From positions 32,364,001-32,428,000 of the forward strand of contig OZ281494.1 of the NCBI GenBank assembly GCA_965637545.1: a stretch of DNA of 64,000 nucleotides, written 5' to 3'. Position 1 is the stretch's first letter. Each line of letters begins with the position of its first letter. The notes below the pieces were generated by a model. That model worked only from the letters and a program-made list of their open reading frames with translations. It was not told the origin of the DNA and searched no databases. Below are positions 52,431 to 63,448 of this stretch, one piece after another. This stretch comes from Phallusia mammillata. Taxonomy: Eukaryota. A program made the translations under genes and the position numbers.

Positions 52431-55400
52431 ATGGAAGCTGCTCATAAGGTTAGTGATTGCCAAAGTCACCAAATCTACTGTTACCGTCTTAAACCAAGAG
52501 CCTACAAAGCCACTACATGATAATTATAACTTTCTACTATTTTGAACAATACACATGGTTAGGGCTAGTGGGTTTGGGGTGAGGGTTTGTAATGAAAATA
52601 ATGCTATAATTTAATCTTCTATAGGACCTGGGTATGGTGCAGACTTTGCACAAGCTTAGCGCTGACTCAGTGTAGGCTAAGTTGGCTTGTAGTTTTAGTA
52701 GGCGGCATCCCCAAAATTTTGCTATTTGTTTAATGCATTCAGACATGGATCAAATATAGTACCTAGCACAGTCTGTGGTTGTAAAGTATAAAAGTATATT
52801 TTTTACTGTAGTTTGTAACCTTTTGTTTGCAGATAAGAAACTTCAAAGCCAATGAAATCAAATTCGTACATGGAAGAGGAGGTCATATTGGAACAGGCAC
52901 ATATGGTGTGGTGAGGCTTGCTTATCACAAAGTACATCAATGGCTGGCTGTAAAATGTCTCAAGGTCAATGTGGAAGAAAAGTGAGTATTTTTACCATTT
53001 AGTTTTCTGTGTGAAAACATGCATTTTTTATTAACAGACACTTGAATCCTGCACAAACCACTTAAACACACTTCTTTTATTTGAAATTCTGTACACTTAC
53101 TGAAAGATTCTATTATTTAGAGGGCCATTTAAAAAACATAAGCACATAACTGATAATAGCAAACTGATATTTTTTGATTGGTGTTAAGTTCATTTGCAGA
53201 ACAGAAACTTGTTGCCAAGGTCAAAAAGACCAGTTGTTGATAATCTGTCTTTGCTATAAATTAAAAAAAAACATTGTTGATTAGGTTGCATGATGAAGTA
53301 GGCCCTGTCCAAGAAGCAAATAACCCAAATGTCGTACGAGTGTTCGGTGTCTTAAAATCTCCACAAGTTATGGGAATGGTTATGGAATATTTACCAGGAA
53401 ACTGCCTTTCTGATTTGGCTTTTAACACTGAAATCCCTATTTCTCCTTTACTTTCCTTGAGATTTTGCCGAGATATCAGCAATGGAGTTGCAGGAATTCA
53501 CAATTTGCAGCCAGAAAAGCGACTAACCCATGGAGATTTAAAACTGGAAAACATACTACTGTCAAGTAACCTTGAATGCAAAATTGGCGATTTCGGCAGT
53601 TCAGAACTTGCATGGAATACTGGACATAACTCAGCTAGGGACAGAATGGAAAGAAATGATTTTACAGAAATATATGCTGCTCCTGAACGTCTGATGAATC
53701 CACACATGAAAATGAATACAGCAATGGATGTTTTTAGTATTGGCATGATCTTTTACTATCTATTGTGCCGTGAGCTTTGTGGTATGGACATATATTGCAT
53801 GCTTTTGCAGCAGGGTGGACGGCCAAGGATGGAAAAAATCAACAGTTTAAAACAAGCATTACAAAATGATCTTACCAGTTTAAAAATTATTCACACGATT
53901 GTAGCGCAGATAAAAAAATGCTGGGCACAGAATCCATTACATCGGCCGAAAATTTTGCAAATTAGAGACAACCTACAAAAGGAATTAGACCTATACAGTG
54001 ACACATGTATATTCCAATGTGTTCAAGCCACCCTTGAGAAATATGAAATTGCCAAACCCATTCTTGCAAACCACAATGATTGGATCCAAATTGAGGATTT
54101 AGGTATGTCATACCAAAATTGTATATACCTATCATGTGGAACAAACCAAAAACTGTCCTTGTGTTTGTAATATTTTTATCTTTAATATTTGGATTTAAAA
54201 AAATGGATTTAACCTTTTTTATGATGGTGTTGAACACAAGATTCCACTAGGCCAGGGCAATTGAGCTCAGTAATTAGGGTTAGAACTGACAATTTCGTAA
54301 GCCAAGGGATTTGCACTAGCCCACCAGTTACCTATGTGTTATGTTTTTCTGTAATTTCTGCAAGTAAGTTTAATGATAGTGCCAAATTGCAGATTTCCAC
54401 TCTAAACCATCACAGAGCTAAACCTAATCTGGTATGCAATGGAACATGGCTTAAGACCTTAACAAAGATAATTATTTGTACACAGATATCAATCTACAAA
54501 GTAAAGATGAAAATAATGTCACTCAAGACCGCACTGAAAGCATCAACGTTTTTCCTCTGTCTCCAGCAGCTGGTAATTACAACAAAATGATTAAATTTTG
54601 CAACAAAATATGCATAAAAGCTGCCTATACTTACTTTAGGGGTAAGAGATATTGAAGATACAACCTCACCAAAGGCAGTTCTCCAAACTTTTCTCTCTAG
54701 TTCAGGAGACTTACTCACAAATGGTAAATAAGTGATTAGATATTGTGAAGCTGGTTCAGTAACTATCTTGTGACAAGCCGGAGCATTGTTTACAATGCTC
54801 AGTTAAGCCTTTTTGGTAATTTTCTGAAAAGTTTATTATTATTAGCCATACTGATGTGTTGTTATGTTTACCAATTTAATGAGCTCAAAATAAAACATAT
54901 ATAAAGATATGTACAAAAACATTGTTCAAAGAGGTGATTCTAGCAATTTGTCAGCATTTTATCCACTTGTCAGCATTTTATCCACTTTTTTATTTGTCAG
55001 CATTTTATTCACTTTTTTAGACTTCGAACCGAATAACACTACATCACCCAAAGTTGTTTGCTCTTCAAATCGAAATGCTCCTGAAACAAGATGCGGACTA
55101 CAGTCTTCAGGTAAAAAGCACACTTATACTTTTTTACTACTTCATGTTCTGCAAGGGCTTAAAATATTTGAAATTTTTCAGACTCCGCATCCAATGACAC
55201 AACAGCACCAAAGGATGTTTTTTCTTCAAATGAATATGAAACATACACTGTACAACAACCAAGTGGTAAACAATTTATTTTATAATGCAACAGATTTTAT
55301 AAAAAATGTTTCCATTCTTTTTCAATTTCTTATATAACCAATATTCACTATATGTTTATCTTCTATTTTGCAGGGTTTAATTGCAATCTAACAGAACCAA

Positions 55401-56875
55401 AGATTGTTTTTCCTCCAAATGGAAATGAAAGAAGCACCAGACAACACCATACTGGTAAACTATTCGATAATACAATTTAATTGCACAGACTTGTTTTGCA
55501 TGGGCCTTTTCTTTTGTGACAAATGGACACCTTTTAGCATTAGTTATGATAGCAACCATTGGTCGTGTTTACCCACAATGCACCAACCTCACTTTCTTGT
55601 GAGCATGAGTCACATGTTGCTTTATAATACAGTGTACCTGCAGCGCATTTAGCCATTATTCTTTGGGCCCTTCACTGTTTCACATTCTAAAATGTTTTTA
55701 TCTTACACAGCTATATATGGCTTTGTGATTGTTTTAGTGCTTTTTTGTCGTTACTAGTTTTTTAACCAAGTGAAATAAACTCAACTCACCCATTTTTTTT
55801 TCAGGATTCAATCCCAATGATGCAACTGCTCCAAAGGTTGTATTTCCTCCAAGTGAAGCTACAGAAGAAGAAACCACCAGACAACACCCAGATGGTAAGC
55901 ATATTTTAGTGCTAAAATTAACAACTTCAAGTAACTGTAATCATAGTATGCCAGGCCTAATGATGGCGTCATACCAAATAATCGTAAGGCAATGCATAGG
56001 GTAAAAAAGACTCATGTTCTACTCACTGAGCTATCCAGGCTGTCTAAGCCTTTAAAAAATCAAATCACAAGCACTTTTCATATGCTGCACATGTCAGCTT
56101 CATTGTAGGTAATCGCATGTTTGATCATATGCATTCTTTTAGATAGTCAACTGTTTTGAAATGTACTGCTTTTTGTACCTTTAAATTCACATAACCTTTT
56201 TGCACTTGCAAAAAGCTTCCATTCTAAACCATAAATATGCAGTATGTAAATCGGAAATTATGTTGGTTTATTGCATCTATTTTAAAATGTAACAAATGTA
56301 CATGTGTTTAATTTTTAGATCAACCAAATGATTTGGAAACAGCACTGCTCATGACCCGAATGACATTGGATATCACTGTTAGCAACAATGACTGTACGTT
56401 GTCTACAAAAAGAAACGTTTGGACAGAAATAAACAAATTTTGTAAAGCTGCAACAACACACATCCAATCTCATCACAACCAAGATGGGCGAATTCTTCAA
56501 TCAGTCAAAACTATTTTAGAGAAAGTCAGAAACCTACCTTTCAATGTTAGGTTTAAATCATTGCTTGAGGCAAAGTTATTGTGCTTTTTAGCGGACTGTT
56601 ATTTGCACTTCAGTGAGTTTGGTGAAGCAATGGTCATGGCAACTCAGGCAAAATCACTTTTGGACGCCTTTACTGAACAATCAGAAAAGTTATCATTATT
56701 CCCCTGTTGTAACCACATCATTGGGAGAGCTTACATAGGCTTGGGTCGCAATAAAGAAGCCGAACAAGTCATTTTTAATGCCATATCAATGACTGAACAA
56801 AGCGAAGATTTTGGAAGTACAGAACAAAAAAATGCTGCCCTACGAAATTTACATCAATTACTCTATACATGCTAA
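52431..56875 (+). CDS. RIPK-like (TKL group) Ser/Thr kinase with five repeat exons and a C-terminal TPR-like domain, about 656 aa, 9 exons
   Basis: Exons are 52431-52448 (start, less certain), 52833-52981, 53285-54102, 54640-54723, 55021-55110, 55182-55265, 55374-55454, 55805-55894 and 56319-56875, all GT-AG and in frame (1971 nt). Kinase motifs: GTGTYG, LAVK, HGDLKLENILL, KIGDFG, YAAPE, DVFSIG, CW...P..RP. Two TPR-like motifs: FLADCYLHFSEFGEA and IIGRAYIGLGRNKEA. Confidence 0.85.
54948..55020 (+). repeat. Three TTGTCAGCATTTTAT(C/T)CAC units ending at the exon-5 splice acceptor of the kinase
   Basis: Directly visible tandem repeat. Confidence 0.8.
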
Positions 56876-58289
56876 ATTTTTGTTGATTTAAAATGTGGTG
56901 ATAATCTTCAAATTGTGTGACATGATATATGCAATCTTTTTAGTTTAATGATTATGTGTTTTATTGTACATATTTGATGAGATGTGTAAGTGTGTTTTCA
57001 TGAATTCTGTTTCAGCTTTTATCACTTTTTATTCGTTTTGAAGATGCATTATGTATTTTTTTTTATCTGTGTTTGCATTTTTACTGTTTTCTCAATGCTC
57101 TTTTGCTGTTACATCAAAATGGGTAGATCTGTTTTATGAGGAAGTGTAAACTTAATTAATAATGAAACCAACTTTTGAAGTGCGCAAAATGGTGCATTTT
57201 TGTGTTGTTAGTATGCTGGTTTGAAAATAAATAAATAAAAATTGTTTGATGAAACACTATTGCCAAAAGCGGCGTCAACTGGACATATTTATAGCCACGT
57301 TTTAGATTGTTCTAAAGTTATTTTATTCAGCTAACAACAATGTCAAAATGTGACACTTTTTGTCATGTTTTCTATTATTATCACATGGATTTCTTAAACT
57401 AAGTGCGTTCATGCTTGTCTAAGTAACGTGTACAATTATCCCGATATAGACGAGTGAACTAATGACAATGACGATTCTTAAAATGTCTACATTACGTTTA
57501 GTGATGTTCTGTGTCATAGAAGCTCTCTGGTAGTATTGTTTTTGATCAAGAAAAAGCATAATTAATTAAGGTCGTGTGACCGCTGCAAATGCTCGTTTTT
57601 TCAGAAACAAGATCTTCGGTAACCAGTGCATAAGGCGGAAAACACATGTTACAGTGCTCTTTGGATCATACAAATGTCACAAAAACTTGTTCAATTAAGG
57701 CAATGGTTTTCTTTAAAGGTTAACCCAGCAACCTGTAACCAACTTCTGACCTTGGAAATTTAAAAAATGATACAACAGACTTGCAATAAAACATGCAACT
57801 TTACGGTGGATGAGCATGACGGACTGTAGCGTTGGACCTGCATCAAGGATAAAAAAGAGAAACCCAGGTAATTTTGGCGGCAAGTAGTTTATCGCTAATT
57901 GACAGTCAGCGTCAAACTGTTGCCGTCCAATCGTCCATAAGCTGCTAACATGGCAAAGGCACTTGGAGCCTTTCTTATGTGGGATAGTTCAACGCCAAGC
58001 GTCATAACTGCTGCCGACTTGGAATTGATTAGAATTTGATTCAGCAAATAATGTGGTATGTTTATGTCTTGTATAATCGCGTTTTCTTTGGTGCGAAAAA
58101 GGAAAGCAATACACGTCACGGATGACTAAACTCCAGAGGAAGGAAAGCCAACGCACTGTTTTGTTTGGTGTCGTCATACAGTCAAGAGTCAACCTCTGTT
58201 CATGTGGCAAACGTTATCAAAGAGGAACTAATTTTTCGAAAGCGGAACCAACCTCTTTTGTGTACTCTTTGCACCAGCTGCAGTTGTAA

Positions 58290-58500
58290 TCGTGTTTTTC
58301 TTTGCTCGGCTTCAGACCTTATCGCATTTTTTTGCAAAGTATGTGATACATAGATTTTTTTTGTTTCATTGTTTACCTGGCTTATACTCACACACACATT
58401 TTAATGTGGTACAACTACATTCCACCGAAGCCTTGGTTGTCGGATATACAGACAGTATTTGCATGAAGATCAGATATTTTTGCAAAAATCCAATTAAGCT
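58290..58500 (-). pseudogene. Decayed hAT transposase C-terminal dimerisation-domain relic
   Basis: Minus-strand translation ILSVYPTTKASVECSCTTLKCV*V*AR*TMKQ...FAKK resembles the hATC consensus LsiP.TsAS.ERSFStLKrvKtwlRstM.Q...FAkk. Multiple stops. Confidence 0.45.
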
Positions 58501-59828
58501 TCTTTATTCAGTTCCTAACAGGATCCTTACAAAAAACAGCAAGGGAAACATAAACTAGTTAAACCAGACTGAATTACGCAAACAATTTTGAAGCGTCGGA
58601 CATAACAGGTGGGGAAAAACTGTCATTTTTTCTGTTGCGGCCGCCTGACAACCTAAACCGGAACTGACGCACGTCGATTGGCAACAAATGTTTCGACAGT
58701 GGGACTTTCCCCCAGTGGAAACTAGACTCCCGCAGGCAGCCTTTTTCTTTAAAACACCAGACGATCATACACCGAGCGCGTCTACCTCTGCGCGTGACTT
58801 TTAGTATTCATGAAGAGAGTTTACCTTCTGAATAGGCGGCTGGGGACAGGTCGCACAAAGTAGGAAACAAAGGTTAAGGTGCGGCGATTGACAAACAGCT
58901 GAATTGTAGCGTTGCAAGGTTTCCTGAACACAGTGTTCAAATGTCCTTATCAGCTGTGTTTGTGGGTTGGCAAATTGCATGGTTTTAACGATCAGTTTAA
59001 AGTAGAGATTCGGCGAATCGGCAAAAATTGGGTTAGGCTGAAACCAAATTGTCGGCAGTTTTGACAGCACCGAATCATTTGACGTCACGCGAAATCGTAC
59101 GCTACGGGCTCGAACTAGTTTTCCTACTAGACAAACCGTGCAGAATAGTTGTGTTTCATTGTCATTCTGTTTCTGTGGGGTTTGAATTAATGAATTACTT
59201 TACGCATTTTTAGTTATTGGATAGTTTAAAAGATTGTGTGGTACCTTATAAAGCAGAAAAAAACAATTACGTTTGAAATTTGTGTTCTTAAAAGATTTAG
59301 TTTTGACCAAATCCTAATTAATTATGTGAACGAAACCAAATCATTGCAAAAAAGGCCAATTCGGCTGAATATATTGAGCAAACCGAATACTCGGCAGATC
59401 TTTGATTAAAAGGCAACAAAATTAATGTAAAATTAGGTTTCATGCAAAGATGTTGGTTTGTCCGTTTTTTTTTTATTGCTGTTGAAACCATAAATTGTGT
59501 GCTTTACATAAGCAAACACAAAAACTTTTCATTTTCTTTTAGTTGTTTAGGTTTAGGCAAACTGAACTATGTGTGAAAAACAATGTCCATAAAGGGATAC
59601 ATTATTTCATTAGCTCCTCTGTTTGAAGAATTTTTATCTAATGGAGAGTTGAAGGATATTTGTGGAAATTTGTACAGAAATCGTATTCTCACATCTGGTT
59701 AGTAGTGCTTTTATAAACTTGGCATGTCTTTTTTTAGAATCAGATTACGCTACCCTAGACTGAAACCTAAACCTGTACAATGGTCAGACTGAAAACTTTG
59801 ACAAGTCTGAAGTCGTCCACCGTTTTAT

Positions 59829-59873
59829 TAGACATATATATTTCGCCTAAGTAATAGGCATCGTCAGTATCTA
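59829..59873 (-). ncRNA. Minimal type-I hammerhead ribozyme (Penelope pLTR copy 1)
   Basis: UAGAUA-CUGACGA-U-GCCUA(UUACU)UAGGC-GAAA-UAUAUA-UGUCUA: 6-bp stem I, conserved core, 5-bp stem II, palindromic AUAUAU stem III. Predicted cleavage is after AUA. Confidence 0.82.
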
Positions 59874-60137
59874 AAAACAAAACAGCGCTAAAAAATGGTA
59901 TGCAGGTATAACTATAAAGCACAAACAAAACATATTAAAAACTGCTGACAGTAAGGTAGAACTAGGACCTGCAGATGGCGCGGCCAAACACGCACTAGTA
60001 AAGATGGAAAGAAAAGGAAAAACGCTCAATCTGTGGCGCGGGGCAAAAGAAGGTAGATAAGGACGGCAGAAGCGTTGTAAAAACCAATGGCGGAAACACT
60101 GATAAAAATGAACGCGTAGGAATAAACAAATAAAATG

Positions 60138-62981
60138 TTATTTAATGTAGGGTAAAAACATTTTTTGTAAGTTTATTTCAGCTCCAATCTTGCTGGCCCA
60201 CTTACTTTCATAGATGTCCAGTAGATGGATAGGTGGCTGCTCCAAAAACTGCACCCGAAAACACGTGCTGATAGGGTCACGGGCGTTGGCGCTATGCTCT
60301 GTGGCATAGTGCTGACAAAGGGCTGCCTTTTCGTTATAATCACCCGGTTTGAAAGAATTCCACATAGATCTGTGTCCCGTCCAACGTACTGAAAACTTAT
60401 TTTTTGTTTGACCGACATACTGCTTTTGGCATATTGTGCAGGTGGCAGCATATATGCCATAGTTGCGGCATGTGAGTGTTTGCCGTAACTTTGTTACACC
60501 CTTTTTGCTTTCTATGTTAGTGGTATAGTCAACCATTCCTTTGTGATTTCCAAAGTGTCCACACAAAGCACAGTGTCCACAAGGTGCAGATGAGCCCCCA
60601 ATAGGCATGGAACTGTTTTTCCCGACTTGCGCTAGCCGTCTGTAGCGGGTAAGGAGGTTTCCGAGTGTTGGTGGTCGTTTGTATGTTATTGTGATATTTT
60701 TTACCAAACTTCGGTCTTTTGCGGAAGGTTGTAGTAGTAATGGAAAGCTCGTTGCCCAAACATTCAGAGCCTTTTGCGAGCTGTTGCCATTCGAGGGTGG
60801 AAATCTGTTTGTCCACATACTTGCTTTTTCAATGACGTCATTTGTCATTGACGTAGGGAAGCAGGATAGTTTGGCTTTGATACGCAGTTTGCCAAGGCTG
60901 GCTCTGAAATCATCGTCACGTTCGTTTAAGCGCCGTAGTCGTTTTGACTCTCCATGTATAATGGACTTAAAAACGGAAGGAGGGTGGTGGGACCATCCGT
61001 TTAAAAATCGTCGGCCGGTTGCGGTGTCTTTGACGTAGTCTGTTGTTTTAAATTTAAATTTATTCTGTCGGCTGATGACGTGGTTTACATCCAGAAATGG
61101 AATATGCCCCTCGGTTTGGGCGGTTGTAAGGTAGTTGTGGGTTATTTCCAAACCGTGAGTGGCAAACACGCTCTCGATACCCCTAATGGTTGTTCTGAAG
61201 ATATCGTAGCCAAAACAGAGATAAATCATATCGTCAATGAACCTCATGAACAGTTCTGTTCTTTGTATAAAGCACGCTGCCTGCACCATGATATAATGAA
61301 CGCCAATGTTGGCGAGCGAGACAGAATGGTTGTCACCAGTTACGATGCCCTTTTTCTGAGTGTAAAAATTGTCCCCGTGTTTGAGGATGGCATTTTCCAA
61401 ACATAAGAATGTTAGTTCGATGAGGTTTTCTATACTATGTTTGCTGAAGTTGCTCTCCGTTGCAAGCGCGTCTTTAAGCGCCGCACGCAGGTGCGACCGG
61501 TCCATGTTGTTGTAAAGTGATTTGACATCTGCTGTTACGATAAACAGAGGCGTATCCGCAAGTTGTTTTTCAATTGTTGATGTTGTCTTTTCCTTCCAAT
61601 TTAAAAGTTCACGTAAATAATGAGAACTGTCCCGGCAGTACTCAGGAACAACGGCTTGGTTGTATGAGACACTTATTGGCTTTAACAGATATTCTAAGAA
61701 CGCTGTAATTCTGGACATGGGTGTGTGACTCAGCGATTGCAGCAACCGAACAGGTATTTCACTGACGTCCATCTCTACCAGTTGCTTCAAACCCACCTTG
61801 TGCGTTTTGAACAAGGGATAGGCGTATGATGGTGTACAACATGAAAAGTGCTTAGCCGAGGGGCCAGGAACATGTTGATAGCTATTTCCCTTGCATTTTA
61901 TACCGAGTGTGTGCCATAGCATTATGTCGCTTAAAACGTTATCTCTGTGAAGGTTTATGATTTTTTCTTCACACTTCTTTTTGGCCCGAGAAAGGTTTCC
62001 TAAGTATACTTCAGAGGAATATTCCAGCTTGACGTGTGTTTCGAGCGATTTTTCCATAACCTGTTGGTAGTCTTCATAGTCAATGATTATGATTTTGCCA
62101 TCCTTGTCCGATTTGCAAATGACAATTGTGTGGCTTGATGTCAGGCGAATCAGCTTGCGTAGACTCCACTTCATGCTGGTATTAAGGTTGCATCGTTGGT
62201 GATACCGTTGCATTACCTTTGTTCCTAATTGACGCAGCTTGGCGAAGGCAATATCACCATAAACTTTAATGGCGTCACCAAGAAGGTCTTTATGTGGTCT
62301 GGAGTATTTTTGCACTTTTAGTTTTTCGGGTATCGCTGGTTCTTGGTGATTTTCTTCGAACAGTGAACTCCACTCGAGCCTCCGAACATGTTGGTAGGCA
62401 TTTAACCACTCGCGATTTTCAATTGTTTCCGTCCACCGTGGTGTAGGAGCGAAATTGAGACCGTAACTAAGCAACAGCTTGTCGTTAAAATCCAATGTCA
62501 CGGAGGACTTATTGATAACGGTTTGTCCTAGGTTGTCGACTAACGCTGCTTTTCTTAACGTATCACGTCGGTTGTTGTATCTTTTTCTATCTTTCTTGTT
62601 TCTCCTGTTTTTTGACGTATTTCTGTAATTGGTGGGTGTTTTGAATTGAGATAAATTGGTCATTAAGCGCGTTTTTTCCTGTTTTCTGTATAAAAAGTTG
62701 AATTTCCTGATATGTTTCCGTTTACATGTCACATTGGCGTATCTTAATTGTTCCCGATCAACCTTCGTAAGATTGTGCCAAGAAGGTTCTATTTTGGCCG
62801 CTGCGTTTTGCAGTCGAGGAAGGTCTTTAGCAATTCTTCTCTGTTGTTGAATTAAAAGCAAGTCAAAATCCATACCCTTGCGTTGGTTTGATGGCAGTAG
62901 AACGTTGCATGATAAACAACGTTTGAGCAAGACCGTCCTTTGTTTGTACGATACGTACTGCAAGAACTGCTTGTTGGTCAT
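60138..62981 (-). CDS. Penelope-like reverse transcriptase + GIY-YIG endonuclease, intact 947-aa ORF
   Basis: LSYGLNFAPTP, KSDKDGKIIIIDYEDY, FKTHK, TADVKSLY, QKKGIVTG, RFIDD, IPFLDV, SHHP; linker CGHCALC; YGIYAATCTICQKQYVGQT...RWTGH. Confidence 0.95.
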   Translation of the reverse strand: MTNKQFLQYVSYKQRTVLLKRCLSCNVLLPSNQRKGMDFDLLLIQQQRRIAKDLPRLQNAAAKIEPSWHNLTKVDREQLRYANVTCKRKHIRKFNFLYRKQEKTRLMTNLSQFKTPTNYRNTSKNRRNKKDRKRYNNRRDTLRKAALVDNLGQTVINKSSVTLDFNDKLLLSYGLNFAPTPRWTETIENREWLNAYQHVRRLEWSSLFEENHQEPAIPEKLKVQKYSRPHKDLLGDAIKVYGDIAFAKLRQLGTKVMQRYHQRCNLNTSMKWSLRKLIRLTSSHTIVICKSDKDGKIIIIDYEDYQQVMEKSLETHVKLEYSSEVYLGNLSRAKKKCEEKIINLHRDNVLSDIMLWHTLGIKCKGNSYQHVPGPSAKHFSCCTPSYAYPLFKTHKVGLKQLVEMDVSEIPVRLLQSLSHTPMSRITAFLEYLLKPISVSYNQAVVPEYCRDSSHYLRELLNWKEKTTSTIEKQLADTPLFIVTADVKSLYNNMDRSHLRAALKDALATESNFSKHSIENLIELTFLCLENAILKHGDNFYTQKKGIVTGDNHSVSLANIGVHYIMVQAACFIQRTELFMRFIDDMIYLCFGYDIFRTTIRGIESVFATHGLEITHNYLTTAQTEGHIPFLDVNHVISRQNKFKFKTTDYVKDTATGRRFLNGWSHHPPSVFKSIIHGESKRLRRLNERDDDFRASLGKLRIKAKLSCFPTSMTNDVIEKASMWTNRFPPSNGNSSQKALNVWATSFPLLLQPSAKDRSLVKNITITYKRPPTLGNLLTRYRRLAQVGKNSSMPIGGSSAPCGHCALCGHFGNHKGMVDYTTNIESKKGVTKLRQTLTCRNYGIYAATCTICQKQYVGQTKNKFSVRWTGHRSMWNSFKPGDYNEKAALCQHYATEHSANARDPISTCFRVQFLEQPPIHLLDIYESKWASKIGAEINLQKMFLPYIK

Positions 62982-63139
62982 ACTGAGCTACACAGGACGT
63001 CGCTGCTTGTAGACAATAAACTGTGTAGTATATTATAAATCACGAGTCACCAGAGACTCAGTACGACAGATGGAGACAACAGTCGCATATAATAACAGAC
63101 TGAAAACTTTGACAAGTCTGAAGTCGTCCACCGTTTTAT

Positions 63140-63184
63140 TAGACATATATATTTCGCCTAAGTAATAGGCATCGTCAGTATCTA
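63140..63184 (-). ncRNA. Minimal type-I hammerhead ribozyme (Penelope pLTR copy 2)
   Basis: Identical to 59829-59873 and 3311 nt upstream on the sense strand, about 160 nt before the ORF ATG. Confidence 0.82.
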
Positions 63185-63448
63185 AAAACAAAACAGCGCT
63201 AAAAAATGGTATGCAGGTATAACTATAAAGCACAAACAAAACATATTAAAAACTGCTGACAGTAAGGTAGAACTAGGACCTGCAGATGGCGCGGCCAAAC
63301 ACGCACTAGTAAAGATGGAAAGAAAAGGAAAAACGCTCAATCTGTGGCGCGGGGCAAAAGAAGGTAGATAAGGACGGCAGAAGCGTTGTAAAAACCAATG
63401 GCGGAAACACTGATAAAAATGAACGCGTAGGAATAAACAAATAAAATG

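Noticed and set aside
54084-54095. IQIE after the kinase domain as a RHIM motif
   Set aside because: It lacks the invariant Gly of (I/V)Q(I/V)G and the flanking RHIM pattern.
54103-54170. C-terminus of the 298-aa ORF as the end of the kinase
   Set aside because: A donor AG/GTATGT at 54102 and in-frame downstream exons show this is intron.
58701-58710. Canonical kB site GGGACTTTCC downstream of the kinase
   Set aside because: It lies in probable transposon debris 1.8 kb past the stop and cannot be tied to a gene.
59757-59794. AGACTGAAA shared by the flank and the Penelope end as a target-site duplication
   Set aside because: It is only 9 nt, offset 29 bp from the junction, and the other element end is outside the window.
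60138-62981. Naiad/Chlamys-type or selenoprotein-encoding Penelope element
   Set aside because: The endonuclease is C-terminal and the ORF has no in-frame TGA.
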